The notes beneath the pieces were generated by a model, which was given only the letters and a program-made list of their open reading frames with translations, was not told the origin of the DNA and made no database searches. Source: an uncultured Parachlamydiaceae bacterium (GTDB lineage Bacteria > Chlamydiota > Chlamydiia > Chlamydiales > Parachlamydiaceae). Taken from it: a DNA stretch of 64,000 bases. The translations under genes and the position numbers were made by a program. The stretch lies in NCBI GenBank assembly GCA_963742415.1, contig CAVULX010000002.1, forward strand, positions 96,001-160,000, read 5' to 3'. How positions within the stretch are numbered: position 1 is the first letter of the stretch; every line of letters starts with the position of its first letter. This document shows, piece after piece, positions 1 to 9,948 of this stretch.

Positions 1-86
1 TGGAATCTTGGATAAATAAACCCGTTTGTAAGAAAAGTACCAATCCGCTATGTTATCCTTTGATCAATTGATAGAGTCCAACACTC

Positions 87-395
87 ATGGAAAAACTGCT
101 TAATGACCGGGTCCTCGCCAAAATTTTTATTGGCTGTACCATCTCTTCAGAACTTCGGATGCATCTTCGTGATAGCAAAAAATGGAAAACCGATCTCATT
201 GATAACAAAGGACTTAGCGAAATCCACTACCAAGGCAAAGATTTCATTGGCAAATTTTTAGAAAACCCTGTTGTTACTCTAGATGAGTTGCGCAGACAAG
301 AACAAGAAGTAAGACACATTCTACAAACCTATTGCCCCTCTGTCGACTTCGATTCCATACCAATCAAAACTTTTCCCCAAGTTTTCATCTCTTAG
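87..395 (+). CDS. hypothetical protein (102 aa) upstream of maf
   Basis: Clean ATG-TAG ORF, co-oriented and 11 bp before the maf start. Confidence 0.7.
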   Translation: MEKLLNDRVLAKIFIGCTISSELRMHLRDSKKWKTDLIDNKGLSEIHYQGKDFIGKFLENPVVTLDELRRQEQEVRHILQTYCPSVDFDSIPIKTFPQVFIS

Positions 396-406
396 GACTT
401 ATTTCC

Positions 407-994
407 ATGACTCGACTCATTTTAGGCTCCCAATCCCCTCGACGAAAAGAAATCTTGAATCTTTTTGCTCTCCCTTTTGAGCAAGCTATCCCCCCTTTCT
501 TAGAAGAAAACGTCCCATACGAAGGCGATCCAATCACCTACGCCCTAACTTTAGCTCGAGGAAAGGCTCTCTCTCTTTTCCATTCTTTTCCGAAAGAAAT
601 TATCCTCACGGCAGACACCGTCGTTTATTGCAAAGGCGCTCTTTACAATAAACCCCAAAATCTTCAAGAAGCGATCTCCTTCCTATCGAATTATTCCGAT
701 TCGTGGCAATCGGTCTTCACCGCCGTAACCGTCCGGCAAGGCTCCGCTGAATACTATGCCTGCGAAGAAACAAAAGTGCTCTTTAACCCCTTAACCACAA
801 ATCAGATCGAAAGGTTCCTGCAAGCAATCACATGGCAAGATAAAGGGGGCGGTTACACAATTCAAGGCCTGGGCAGCTTATTAGTCCGCAAAATTGAGGG
901 GTGCTATTATAATGTCACCGGATTGCCCATCAATACCGTTAGAGAGCTTCTTTTACATACAGGTCTCGATCTCTGGAATTATATCAAACATTAA
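407..994 (+). CDS. maf: Maf family nucleoside triphosphate pyrophosphatase
   Basis: LILGSQSPRR, ILTADTVV, DKGGGYTIQG and IEGCYYNVTGLP motifs; ATG at 407 preferred over the track start at 332. Confidence 0.95.
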   Translation: MTRLILGSQSPRRKEILNLFALPFEQAIPPFLEENVPYEGDPITYALTLARGKALSLFHSFPKEIILTADTVVYCKGALYNKPQNLQEAISFLSNYSDSWQSVFTAVTVRQGSAEYYACEETKVLFNPLTTNQIERFLQAITWQDKGGGYTIQGLGSLLVRKIEGCYYNVTGLPINTVRELLLHTGLDLWNYIKH

Positions 995-1014
995 ACATAT
1001 TTAAAGGTTAGTTT

Positions 1015-2463
1015 ATGGTCTCTCTCTCTACCATTGTTCCCTCAGTCACATATAAATCCTATTTTTCTTCTCTCCAACCACCCCCTTCTGTAACAACAAA
1101 CTCAGATACAACTTCTCAGAGTTCACACTTCAAAGAGTACCCCATTGAAACATATGAGGATGTGATTCAACACACCGCTCCCAAGATACTAAGAGATTTA
1201 GAAAAAAAGATGGATTGTCTTATTGACGGTCATCTAAATCTGGACCTATTGGTCGATGCGATCAATCGGAATGATCTTAATTCTTTTCTCTTCACGAACC
1301 CCAAGTTTGATTTGCTAAATTTACGCGCATTAAGGGAAAAGAAAATAAATGGAATGACATACACAACAGCTCAACTTTTTTCAAATGCCATCAGCCACCT
1401 CAAAAATCCCAAAAACTTCGAGCAAGTTCCTTTATTAAAGGATACCGGCATCAACCCTGAAGCCCAAATTTTAATAGAAGAAACAAATCAATTTTTCCAA
1501 GGTACGCAGTACACTGATGAACTAAGCTTTCATAATAGCTCAAAGAAAATCAAAGGGGAGTGGATGAGCGAAGAACAACTCGCTCGTTTCTATAGCGCGA
1601 TCAAGGAACTTCCCTCCCCTTTTGAACAACAAATCATTCTTATCGAAGAACCCCGCCCTATAACTCTCCGACAACGTCGCGAAAAGACATTAAGCATTCT
1701 TATAGCAGAGAGATCCCGTTTTAATCTTTTCAGCAGGCTAGCTGCCAACGAGGATTTTTCTCCTAGGAGAATCATTGTTTCTAAAGGTATCATCCTCGCC
1801 TATCTCCACGCCATCAAGGGCCCTAATTTAATCACTCGCTTACAATTATCCCCCCACTCCTCATTGAAAGCGGGTATGATCAAAAATGAAAGAGCTTTTT
1901 ACTTGCCCACTTCACTATTCCCAGAATCTTATGTCGATGGATTTCGTGCTTCTCGAGGTACTAATACCGCAGCTATGCATGATGTCTATCATGGAATGGT
2001 ATTTTCTTACATCCCTGAGGCCGACAGAAAAAAATTTCATTGCTGCGGAGAAATTTTTGAAACTTTGAACAACAAAGAAGTCGGAACCCGCATTGCCAAC
2101 GTGATCTATGACATGGATCGCCCCTCTTATAAATTGCACCAGCATGGACTATTGGGAGAATTAGATCCAAAAGCTCTTTTTTGGTTTGCGATGGCACAGG
2201 CGCTTTATAGCGCTGAAAGTCAATATCGACGAGAAAACGATCCCTATTACTATGAGGCCATCGGGGAATCATTCTGGACAAGTGTCGAAGAGTTTATCCA
2301 TAAAATTAAAGAAAATCAGGATAAATGCAAGGAATCTGGTTTGGATATTGATTACTTGCAAAGAACAAGAATTTCTTCCATTCAAAAGGAGGCATCTGAG
2401 AGTCAGATTTATTATTCTCTTATATCTCTTTTAACTATCGCTCAAGATGGAAGGAACACTTAA
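1015..2463 (+). CDS. hypothetical protein, S/T/P-rich N-terminus, HDxxH motif; possible secreted effector
   Basis: 482-aa ORF; low-complexity N-terminus; AMHDVYHG motif. Confidence 0.75.
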   Translation: MVSLSTIVPSVTYKSYFSSLQPPPSVTTNSDTTSQSSHFKEYPIETYEDVIQHTAPKILRDLEKKMDCLIDGHLNLDLLVDAINRNDLNSFLFTNPKFDLLNLRALREKKINGMTYTTAQLFSNAISHLKNPKNFEQVPLLKDTGINPEAQILIEETNQFFQGTQYTDELSFHNSSKKIKGEWMSEEQLARFYSAIKELPSPFEQQIILIEEPRPITLRQRREKTLSILIAERSRFNLFSRLAANEDFSPRRIIVSKGIILAYLHAIKGPNLITRLQLSPHSSLKAGMIKNERAFYLPTSLFPESYVDGFRASRGTNTAAMHDVYHGMVFSYIPEADRKKFHCCGEIFETLNNKEVGTRIANVIYDMDRPSYKLHQHGLLGELDPKALFWFAMAQALYSAESQYRRENDPYYYEAIGESFWTSVEEFIHKIKENQDKCKESGLDIDYLQRTRISSIQKEASESQIYYSLISLLTIAQDGRNT

Positions 2464-2465
2464 CG

Positions 2466-4211
2466 ATGGCTTCACCGCTGTATTTTTTTATCCCTTTTTT
2501 TCTTTCACTATTCCACGGAGATCAGCTCCTCTCTAATCTTGAAAATTCCCCACATAGCTTTCCTGAAGTCGAAGAACAGCAACCAGAGCTGCAGACCAAT
2601 GATCAAATCAATAGGCAAATCCTCTACTCGCTCCATACAGGCCACCTTCACCAAGCTTTGGAACTGTATCAACAACACCGTCAGAAAAATAAGCGTCACG
2701 ATCTGACGCTCGTCCAACAAATCGGCCTTACCCTTTTAGATAGGGGTTCACACAATAGAGATCCCCAAATCCAATTGCTGACCCTGTTTGGAGCAGGAAT
2801 TTCCTCAAATGAGAGGTGCCTTTACATCCTAGAACAGGGCCTAAATAGCCCCGTACCTGAATTGCAAATCATCGCCCTAAACTTCCTTGCTAAATACCAA
2901 AACGATCGTGCTGACGAAGCCTTGAATAAAGCTTTAGCCGCTAATCATCTCCTCATCCGCCTTGAAGCCCTCAACTGCTTAGCCCAAAAGAAACACCCCA
3001 AAGCCTTAGGTCAAATCGAAGCCTTAATGGCCAAAGTCGACGAAAAATTGCTTCCCCTTTTTCCCCAACTCTATGCAATGATTGACGATGTAGCTTCCAC
3101 AAAAGTATTGAAACGCCTTTTGGCCCATCCAGATGAAAAAGTGAGGATCGCCTCTATCTTAAGCGTCGCCAAATACGACTGCGATGACTTGCTTCCTCAA
3201 ATCCGGAAACTCGCCGCACAACATAGCCTTATCCAGCAAGAAGCCTGTGCCATCGCCCTGGGGATGTTGCGCGACGAAAGCTCCATCCCCCGCCTAGAAC
3301 ATTTAACCCGCTCCAACAGCCTTACAACAAAACTCGCCGCACTCCAAGCTCTCTATCGCCTTGGCAAAAAAGAGGTGCGGCAACCCGTAGAACAAATCGC
3401 TAAGGAAGGGAATCTCTTCGCCATCTCAATCCTCGGCGAATTCCAAGGAAGTGAAGATGTTTTATACGAACTGACAAAAAGCCCTCAACTGCAAATAAGG
3501 CTCAATGCCGGCTTAGCCTTGCTTGACAGGGAAGATCCTCGCTGTTTAAAAGCTGTAGCCGAAATTTTATTAAAGGATTCCCGCGATTTGGCTTTTGTAA
3601 AAACAGCCTCGATAAGTGGAGGACTGATCGCCTGGAAAGTCGTCCCTTCAGCCAGTCAAAATCTAAAAGAAGAACCTATTGCGTTTGAACTCTCTTTGAA
3701 CTTGCGCGAGGCCACCCTCGAGAAGACCATGACTCTACCCCCCGACGAGTTTCTTAAATTAGCCGAACTCATTTTTGAAACACACCAAAATGAACTTGTT
3801 TCCTTGACAACCCATCAACTAGAAAATATTCGCTCCCATGCCGCTATCCAACTGCTCAAAACCTACGCCCAAAAGGCAGGAGCTCCTTTAGTACGCAATT
3901 ATTGCAATTTAGCTCTATTCAATCTTAAAGAACCCGGCCCTTATGAGGAAAGCCTCCGTCAATGGATCACCGCACAACAAGAAGAAGATTTTATCCGGTT
4001 GCGCCCCTACATCCCCTGGGACGAACGGGATCTGACGGCACATTACGAGTTGTCTCCCCATGAAACCTCCAAGTTACTCATCGAGGCTTTCGAAGCCTTC
4101 GCAAAAACGCAAGAAGATAAAGGGGTAGACGTCTTATTAGATGCCCTCTTACATGGAAATACGAAAAACCGTTATGCTATTGCAGGCCTCCTTATTAGAG
4201 CAACTAATTAA
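2466..4211 (+). CDS. HEAT/PBS-lyase repeat protein with N-terminal hydrophobic signal
   Basis: Repeated helical units (LLAHPDEKVRIASILSV, IRLEALNCLA); position between maf and lptD as in chlamydiae. Confidence 0.85.
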   Translation: MASPLYFFIPFFLSLFHGDQLLSNLENSPHSFPEVEEQQPELQTNDQINRQILYSLHTGHLHQALELYQQHRQKNKRHDLTLVQQIGLTLLDRGSHNRDPQIQLLTLFGAGISSNERCLYILEQGLNSPVPELQIIALNFLAKYQNDRADEALNKALAANHLLIRLEALNCLAQKKHPKALGQIEALMAKVDEKLLPLFPQLYAMIDDVASTKVLKRLLAHPDEKVRIASILSVAKYDCDDLLPQIRKLAAQHSLIQQEACAIALGMLRDESSIPRLEHLTRSNSLTTKLAALQALYRLGKKEVRQPVEQIAKEGNLFAISILGEFQGSEDVLYELTKSPQLQIRLNAGLALLDREDPRCLKAVAEILLKDSRDLAFVKTASISGGLIAWKVVPSASQNLKEEPIAFELSLNLREATLEKTMTLPPDEFLKLAELIFETHQNELVSLTTHQLENIRSHAAIQLLKTYAQKAGAPLVRNYCNLALFNLKEPGPYEESLRQWITAQQEEDFIRLRPYIPWDERDLTAHYELSPHETSKLLIEAFEAFAKTQEDKGVDVLLDALLHGNTKNRYAIAGLLIRATN

Positions 4212-4231
4212 CTGAAAGGCATACCCTTTTC

Positions 4232-6388
4232 ATGTCAAAACACTTTATTTATTCCTTAGTTATCGCGATTTTGTTCCCTTTGACTCTCCTCTCCATCGCA
4301 ACAGAAGATGTAGAAAAAATCTTCGCCAAAGGGATCGTAGTCGACCTACGGGAACCCGAATACTGTGAAGGGGTTCTAACCACAGAAAAAGGGGGCGTCG
4401 TGACAGGCCCCGATATCCGGATTCAAGCCCGCAAAATCATCTATACAAAAAAAGAGGTCGCCGGAACCCTGGTCTACACTCTCGAAGCTGAAGAGGACCT
4501 CATTGTAGAATTTGGCGACTACGTTTTTGTAGGCAGCCGCCTCGAATACGACTTCCAAGAAAAAACAGGGATCTTATACCAAGGACGATCCGCCATTGAA
4601 CCTTGGTTTTTTGGAGGATCGGTCATTTATCTGCTTCCTGACAACTCTTACTACATTGAGAACGCCTACGTCACGACCTCAGAAAATTATTTCAATGATT
4701 GGCAAATCGAAACAGAAACCGCCACCATCTCTGAAGATCATTACCTTCGTGCACGGAAAGTCAAATTTCGCTTCAAAGGCGTCCCCTTGTTCTGGCTCCC
4801 CTCTTTTAGGGCTAACCTAGATTCCATTTTTGACTCCCCGATCCGTTATACTTTGCGCTGGGGCGGCAGCCAAGGAACTCGCTTTGGGATGACCTATGAG
4901 ATCTTTTCATGGAAAAGGCTAAAAACCTTCCTGCGGCTAGACTACCGAATTAACCGGGGTTTAGGCGGCGGGCTTGAAACCTATTACCTTTCCGAAGACC
5001 ATAAAGAACAGCTGGAAACCATCAACTATGTTGCAAGAGATTCCTCCCTCGTCCATCGCCATGAAAAAATCCGGTTTCGCTTCCAAGGGGTCTACAATAA
5101 CCTTCTTTGCGACGATCGTCTCAACGTTAACTTGACCTGGGATAAGCTCAGTGATAAAGACATGGCCACAGACTACAACGACCGGGGCTTAGAGCTCGAT
5201 ACCGCTGGATTAACGCAATTGCATATGCGCTATGAAGACTATGCCTGGGTGTCAAACTTCTTCACACGGGTTCGGGTCAACCAATTTCAAACCGTCAAAC
5301 AAGAGCTTCCCACACTACAAACTCAGTGGCTTCCCATCACTTTAGGATGGACTGGAATCGTGTCCGATACGCAAGCCTCAACTTCCTATCTCGACTTCCA
5401 ATATTCGAAAGGCTCCTCCCATGTCCACAACTACCATTCTTCCCGCATGGAAGTTGCACAAAAGTTCTACCGCCCATTTTCTTTGAATTATTTTACATTG
5501 ACTCCACAAGCCGGCGGAGTGGCCATTTTTTATGGAAATAGCCCTTCAGAACACGAACGGTGGGTCGTTTTTGGTCAGTTTGGGGGAAGTCTCACCACAC
5601 GCCTCCACCGTTATTTCTACGATTGCAAGCATGTCGTTATCCCCTATTTAAATTATACTTATTACACCTATCCTACCGCCTCTCCAAACGAACACTATAT
5701 TTTTGATATCGATGACGGCTGGTACCGCTTAAATACCATGCGTTTGGGAGTACAGCAAAATTTCTACCATAAAAACAAAGCGGGATGGATCAACCGCTAC
5801 CTTTTCACCGACATCTATGCTTACGCCTTTTTTCACACCAAAACAATCCATGCCGTACTTCCCAAAATTTATGGATCGTTTATCATCCATAGCTTGCCTA
5901 CCCTGCGCCATACGATCGAAACAGCTTGGGACATCCAGCGCAATAAACTCGATCATCTCAACATAGGAATTGCCTGGACCATCAGTCCACAAATGGCCAT
6001 CGCCGTCGAATACAGGCATCGGGATGCTTTTGATTGGCGAAAAGCGGATAAGACAAATTTTATTTTGGATTCCTTCCGCCCTGTCCATGAATTGCTGCAT
6101 TCCACCCTCTCCGATCGGCGCGATACCCTTCTTCTCCATTTTTTCTACCGCTTCCATCCCAATTGGGCTGTGCAGTTTGAATCTCGCCAAGGTTGGAACC
6201 GAAAAACAGAACCCAAATATACCGAATTTGAAATCGATGTCTTAACAACGTTGCAATCGGCCTGGAAAGTCAAATTTTACTACCGCCACCGGGAAGATGA
6301 TGACCGTGTTGCCATCAACCTCTCCGTCGGCCTCTCCAGACCCGACATCAACGATTGCACCGACATCGTCCCCGCCATCGAGTTTTAA
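4232..6388 (+). CDS. lptD: LptD/OstA-like outer membrane beta-barrel (LPS assembly)
   Basis: Signal peptide, N-terminal OstA-like region (YVTTSE, VPLFWLP), aromatic-rich beta strands, C-terminal Phe. Confidence 0.7.
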   Translation: MSKHFIYSLVIAILFPLTLLSIATEDVEKIFAKGIVVDLREPEYCEGVLTTEKGGVVTGPDIRIQARKIIYTKKEVAGTLVYTLEAEEDLIVEFGDYVFVGSRLEYDFQEKTGILYQGRSAIEPWFFGGSVIYLLPDNSYYIENAYVTTSENYFNDWQIETETATISEDHYLRARKVKFRFKGVPLFWLPSFRANLDSIFDSPIRYTLRWGGSQGTRFGMTYEIFSWKRLKTFLRLDYRINRGLGGGLETYYLSEDHKEQLETINYVARDSSLVHRHEKIRFRFQGVYNNLLCDDRLNVNLTWDKLSDKDMATDYNDRGLELDTAGLTQLHMRYEDYAWVSNFFTRVRVNQFQTVKQELPTLQTQWLPITLGWTGIVSDTQASTSYLDFQYSKGSSHVHNYHSSRMEVAQKFYRPFSLNYFTLTPQAGGVAIFYGNSPSEHERWVVFGQFGGSLTTRLHRYFYDCKHVVIPYLNYTYYTYPTASPNEHYIFDIDDGWYRLNTMRLGVQQNFYHKNKAGWINRYLFTDIYAYAFFHTKTIHAVLPKIYGSFIIHSLPTLRHTIETAWDIQRNKLDHLNIGIAWTISPQMAIAVEYRHRDAFDWRKADKTNFILDSFRPVHELLHSTLSDRRDTLLLHFFYRFHPNWAVQFESRQGWNRKTEPKYTEFEIDVLTTLQSAWKVKFYYRHREDDDRVAINLSVGLSRPDINDCTDIVPAIEF

Positions 6389-6440
6389 AATAATACAGAC
6401 TTAGGCTGACAAAATTTAAGATTTTCCTGTTGATTAATTT

Positions 6441-6770
6441 TCAGGGTAAAAGAGCATTAAATCCTTTTCGACGAATAACATTTAGCAATACAAGTACCGC
6501 GCCTGAAGGTTCTTTCACCCCCCTTTCCAATTGTGAAATATAGCCAACTGTTAAATTAAGATAACTAGCAAATGCTGCTTGACTGAGATGTGTTTTTTCT
6601 CTCAATATCCGAATTTCTTCACTACTTATCGGATCTATTTTCGGGAGGTTCCCTTTTAGATGCCGCATTGTGATTTTTTCATACTCTTCCATATCAATAA
6701 TTTCGCCTTCTAGCATATCTTTTGCCGTCTCGAGAATGGCTTTTTTTAATCGACTAGATTTTTTAGTCAT
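6441..6770 (-). CDS. HigA-like XRE HTH antitoxin
   Basis: IRILREKTHLSQAAFASYLNLTVGYISQLERGVKEPSG HTH; overlaps the toxin stop. Confidence 0.9.
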   Translation of the reverse strand: MTKKSSRLKKAILETAKDMLEGEIIDMEEYEKITMRHLKGNLPKIDPISSEEIRILREKTHLSQAAFASYLNLTVGYISQLERGVKEPSGAVLVLLNVIRRKGFNALLP

Positions 6771-7131
6771 AATCTACCTCTTGTAATAGACCATTAGAAA
6801 GGGAGCGATTGAGTTCTTTATCGCTTACTTTGAACCATGCAGCTGCAACTTTTTTTAAAGAAATTAATTCTTCATCATCAATATTTTCACGTTCGTTTTT
6901 TGCAAATCCATAGAGAAATATAGCTATTTTGTTTTTTTGATAAGCAATGAGAGTCCGATAACCTGATGATCGCCCATGTCCTTTTCGAGCAATTCTCAGT
7001 TTGATGACACTTCCTCCTAAATCCGCATCTATAAGCCCGCATTCCCGTTTTATAGCTTCGCACAAAGATTCATCCTCAATTTGTACTCGTTTTGCATAAC
7101 GCGCAAACCATGTCGTTTTAAAAACTCGCAA
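6763..7131 (-). CDS. RelE/HigB-like type II toxin
   Basis: ADLGGSVIKLRIAR..GRSSGYRTL..FLYGFAKNERENI; toxin-first order. Confidence 0.9.
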   Translation of the reverse strand: MRVFKTTWFARYAKRVQIEDESLCEAIKRECGLIDADLGGSVIKLRIARKGHGRSSGYRTLIAYQKNKIAIFLYGFAKNERENIDDEELISLKKVAAAWFKVSDKELNRSLSNGLLQEVDYD

Positions 7132-7142
7132 AATAATCCTCG

Positions 7143-7183
7143 CTTGTAAACAGAGTGTAACACTATGAACTATAGTTTACAAG
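7143..7183 (-). promoter_or_regulatory. higBA promoter with flanking inverted repeat (probable operator)
   Basis: Minus strand TTGTAA-17 bp-TACACT; IR CTTGTAAAC (7143-7151) / GTTTACAAG (7175-7183). Confidence 0.55.
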
Positions 7184-7230
7184 AGGGAATTCATGCACGG
7201 ACGTTAAATCAATCTTTCTCTTAAAAAGCG

Positions 7231-7404
7231 GACTGGTTTTGTAAACCTCAATTCATCGATTATCTGGCTGACGATGGCGATCGAGCAGAGTGGGCTCTGT
7301 TCATTAATAAAATGCATGGTATACCTGCGAGTCCCCATGTTCAGAAAACCCTAAATGAGGTCAGAAAAAGACTCATCTTCTTCCTGCAAAATGCAAAAAA
7401 ATAA
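7231..7404 (+). pseudogene. 5'-truncated paralog of the 11482-12611 protein (C-terminal 57 codons only)
   Basis: Translates DWFCKPQFIDYLADDGDRAEWALF...PHVQKTLNEVRKRLIFFLQNAKK*, which aligns to ...DLDRAEWYKI...PHIQKIKKEIRERLIFFLQKANIK*; in-frame stop at 7222-7224 and no start. Confidence 0.75.
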
Positions 7405-7711
7405 ATCGCGAAAACTTAAGCTGATTGATCAAAGTTGACCATCAGAGATTTTCTTCAAAAGTTTAGGCCTTGTTGCCTAAATCACCACAGCCGGTGGGTT
7501 CACAGAGAAAAGGTGAGAGCGGGAGGTCAGGCCGCTTTCCTCTCACTTTGTGACATTCATAATTTAATCGAGTATATAATCCCCTTATGATTTATGCATT
7601 CGCGAGAGCTTTAACGCCAGCCGAAAGTGCAGAAAAACCCAAAGCTCAGTTTAGTATCACTTTGTGGATGGTTCAATCATTAGTGCTGAAAAGCTGTTTA
7701 CTAATCCAGAT

Positions 7712-7759
7712 TTGACAATAATCATGTCAGTATGTACGATAAATACATACATACTGACA
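7712..7759 (+). promoter_or_regulatory. sigma70-type promoter overlapped by a 12-bp inverted repeat (AbiEi autoregulatory operator)
   Basis: TTGACA (7712-7717)-17 bp-TACGAT (7735-7740); IR TGTCAGTATGTA (7725-7736) / TACATACTGACA (7748-7759). Confidence 0.75.
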
Positions 7760-7766
7760 AGGCACA

Positions 7767-8408
7767 ATGACTAATATAATGATACAACTCCGAAGCAAAT
7801 CTCAAGGCGAAGAGATCGACTATACTTTTGTCATGGATTGTCTTAAGGACTATAAATCTCCTAGGGCTAAGTTAACTACACTTCTCCAAAAAGGAGATTT
7901 AATCCGAGTCAAAAAAGGCCTCTACCTGTTTGGTTCTGACTACCGAAAAGGACCATACAGCCCAGAAATCATGGCGAATAAGATTTATGGCCCCTCCTAT
8001 GTTTCTAGGGAATATGCCCTTGCTTATTACGGGTTAATTCCCGAACATGTTGCAGAAGTCACAAGCATTTCTACAAAACGCGCTCGTAATTTTGATACCC
8101 CAATCGGCAGGTTTAGTTACGCCCATCTTCCACCTAAACTCTATCAAGTCAATTTCAATCTAGTTCCAGTAAGAAATAACGAAACTGCACTCCTAGCTAC
8201 AGCTGAAAAGGCACTTGCCGATCTTCTTTATTTTCGCAATGATCATCCTGAGACGTTGAATGAACTCATTGACCTGCTTTTCGATGACCTGCGTCTTGAT
8301 GATGCACTAGTCAGTCGGATGCGGATTGGGATGTTCACTGAAATCCTGAAGGCTGGAGGGTCGCCAACGCTTAAACTTATAATTGAATGGTTAAAGGGAC
8401 AAAAATGA
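7767..8408 (+). CDS. AbiEi-like type IV TA antitoxin
   Basis: LIRVKKGLY, PSYVSREYALAYYGLIPE and ATAEKALADLLY motifs. Confidence 0.88.
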   Translation: MTNIMIQLRSKSQGEEIDYTFVMDCLKDYKSPRAKLTTLLQKGDLIRVKKGLYLFGSDYRKGPYSPEIMANKIYGPSYVSREYALAYYGLIPEHVAEVTSISTKRARNFDTPIGRFSYAHLPPKLYQVNFNLVPVRNNETALLATAEKALADLLYFRNDHPETLNELIDLLFDDLRLDDALVSRMRIGMFTEILKAGGSPTLKLIIEWLKGQK

Positions 8409-9274
8409 ATCCGGCCTTAGAGACAATATTACGAAGATACAAATGTGAGACACGTTCTCAATACGAGCGAGCATTAAAAGAGATTCTTCAGGAATTGGCA
8501 CTTGTTGGTCTATGGAGGGCACATTTTTTCGAGCATGCGGCGTTCTATGGAGGCACAGCACTTCGCATTCTCTATGGACTTGACCGCTTTTCTGAAGATT
8601 TGGATTTTACACTCCTTGCGCCAAATCCAAAATACTCTCTAGAACCCTATCATGAAGCTATCACCAAAGAACTCACATCATATGGTTTTTCTGTGGAAAT
8701 CGATACTAAAGATAAAAGTTGGGTGACACCTATTCGTTCTGCTTTTATCAAGACAAACACCCTCGGCGAACTCTTGAAAATAGGAATTCCCAGAAACCTC
8801 GTTCGTGGATTACATCCCGATATGATTCTGAAAATTAAATTGGAGGTCGATACAGATCCTGCACCCGCTTATGATTTCGAAACGCGATTCCTCTTGACAC
8901 CCTTTAGCGTCGGTATCCGCACTGTGGTATTGACAGATATCTTTGCGGGAAAAATGCATGCCGTCCTTTTCCGGGAATGGAAAGGGCGTGTGAAAGGACG
9001 TGATTGGTATGACTGGTACTGGTTAGTGCGTCAAAAAACTATTTTACCATTACAACGTCTAGCAATTTACATGCGGCGAGCAGGCACTCTCCAAAATAAT
9101 GAGATCTTGACAAGGGAACGATTTGAACAACTAATGCACGATAAAATCGAGCGCGTGGATTTCGCCTCTGCGAAAGCAGATATGCAGCCCTTTATTACTG
9201 ATTCTGCGCAGATTGCCGACTGGTCGGTTGATCTTTTCCGCCATTTGTTGATGCAAACAAAAACAATTGAATGA
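8405..9274 (+). CDS. AbiEii/AbiGii nucleotidyltransferase toxin
   Basis: FYGGTALRILYGLDRFSEDLDF, KMHA and KGRDWYD motifs; ATGA overlap with the antitoxin. Confidence 0.92.
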   Translation: MNPALETILRRYKCETRSQYERALKEILQELALVGLWRAHFFEHAAFYGGTALRILYGLDRFSEDLDFTLLAPNPKYSLEPYHEAITKELTSYGFSVEIDTKDKSWVTPIRSAFIKTNTLGELLKIGIPRNLVRGLHPDMILKIKLEVDTDPAPAYDFETRFLLTPFSVGIRTVVLTDIFAGKMHAVLFREWKGRVKGRDWYDWYWLVRQKTILPLQRLAIYMRRAGTLQNNEILTRERFEQLMHDKIERVDFASAKADMQPFITDSAQIADWSVDLFRHLLMQTKTIE

Positions 9275-9327
9275 AGGGTTAATAACAGCTTGATAAAATC
9301 TATACAAATCTGATAATATCTACTCAT

Positions 9328-9948
9328 ATGAGTAGATTTGTTAAGATTGGAAAAGCAGCAGAAATATTAGGTGTTTCTGTTCAAACTTTGAGGCGATGGG
9401 AATTGCAAGGATCACTTAATCCCGACCGCCGAAGTTCCGGTAAAACACGATATTATGATTTAGACAAGCTATTAGGATTAAAATTCCCTAAAAGCGATCT
9501 AACAATTGCCTATGCGAGAGTTTCAAGCCACGACCAAAAAGAAGATTTAGTAAGACAAGCCAAATTGCTTTCTTCCTTCTGTACCTCACATGGGTGGGAT
9601 CATGAAGTCATTCAAGATCTTGGATCCGGAATGAATTATTATAAAAAGGGCTTGAAAAAGCTTTTAGATTTGATTTTAGACAAAAAAATCCGAAGATTGG
9701 TTTTAACTCATAAAGATCGCTTGCTTCGATTTGGGGCAGAGCTTATATTTGCACTCTGTCAAGCACGTCAAGTTGAAGTTGTCATCATCAATCAAGGTGA
9801 TGATGTTTCTTTTGAAGAAGAACTTGCCAAAGATGTATTGGAGATTATTACAGTATTTTCTGCAAGATTATATGGGGCGAGAAGCCACAAAAATAAAAAG
9901 CTTGTTGAAGCAGCTAGGGTTTTAATTAATGGCAACGCTCACACATAA
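9328..9948 (+). CDS. tnpA: IS607 serine recombinase transposase
   Basis: N-terminal MerR-like HTH; YARVSS catalytic motif; DRLLRFG. Confidence 0.95.
   Translation: MSRFVKIGKAAEILGVSVQTLRRWELQGSLNPDRRSSGKTRYYDLDKLLGLKFPKSDLTIAYARVSSHDQKEDLVRQAKLLSSFCTSHGWDHEVIQDLGSGMNYYKKGLKKLLDLILDKKIRRLVLTHKDRLLRFGAELIFALCQARQVEVVIINQGDDVSFEEELAKDVLEIITVFSARLYGARSHKNKKLVEAARVLINGNAHT

Noticed and set aside
7221-7231. TTAAAAAGCGG resembling the IS607 right end (TTAGAAAGCGG) exactly where the paralog remnant begins
   Set aside because: 10/11 match only, with no upstream similarity; could be chance
9277-9327. IStron (group I intron at the IS607 left end)
   Set aside because: Only ~50 bp precede tnpA, leaving no room for a ribozyme core
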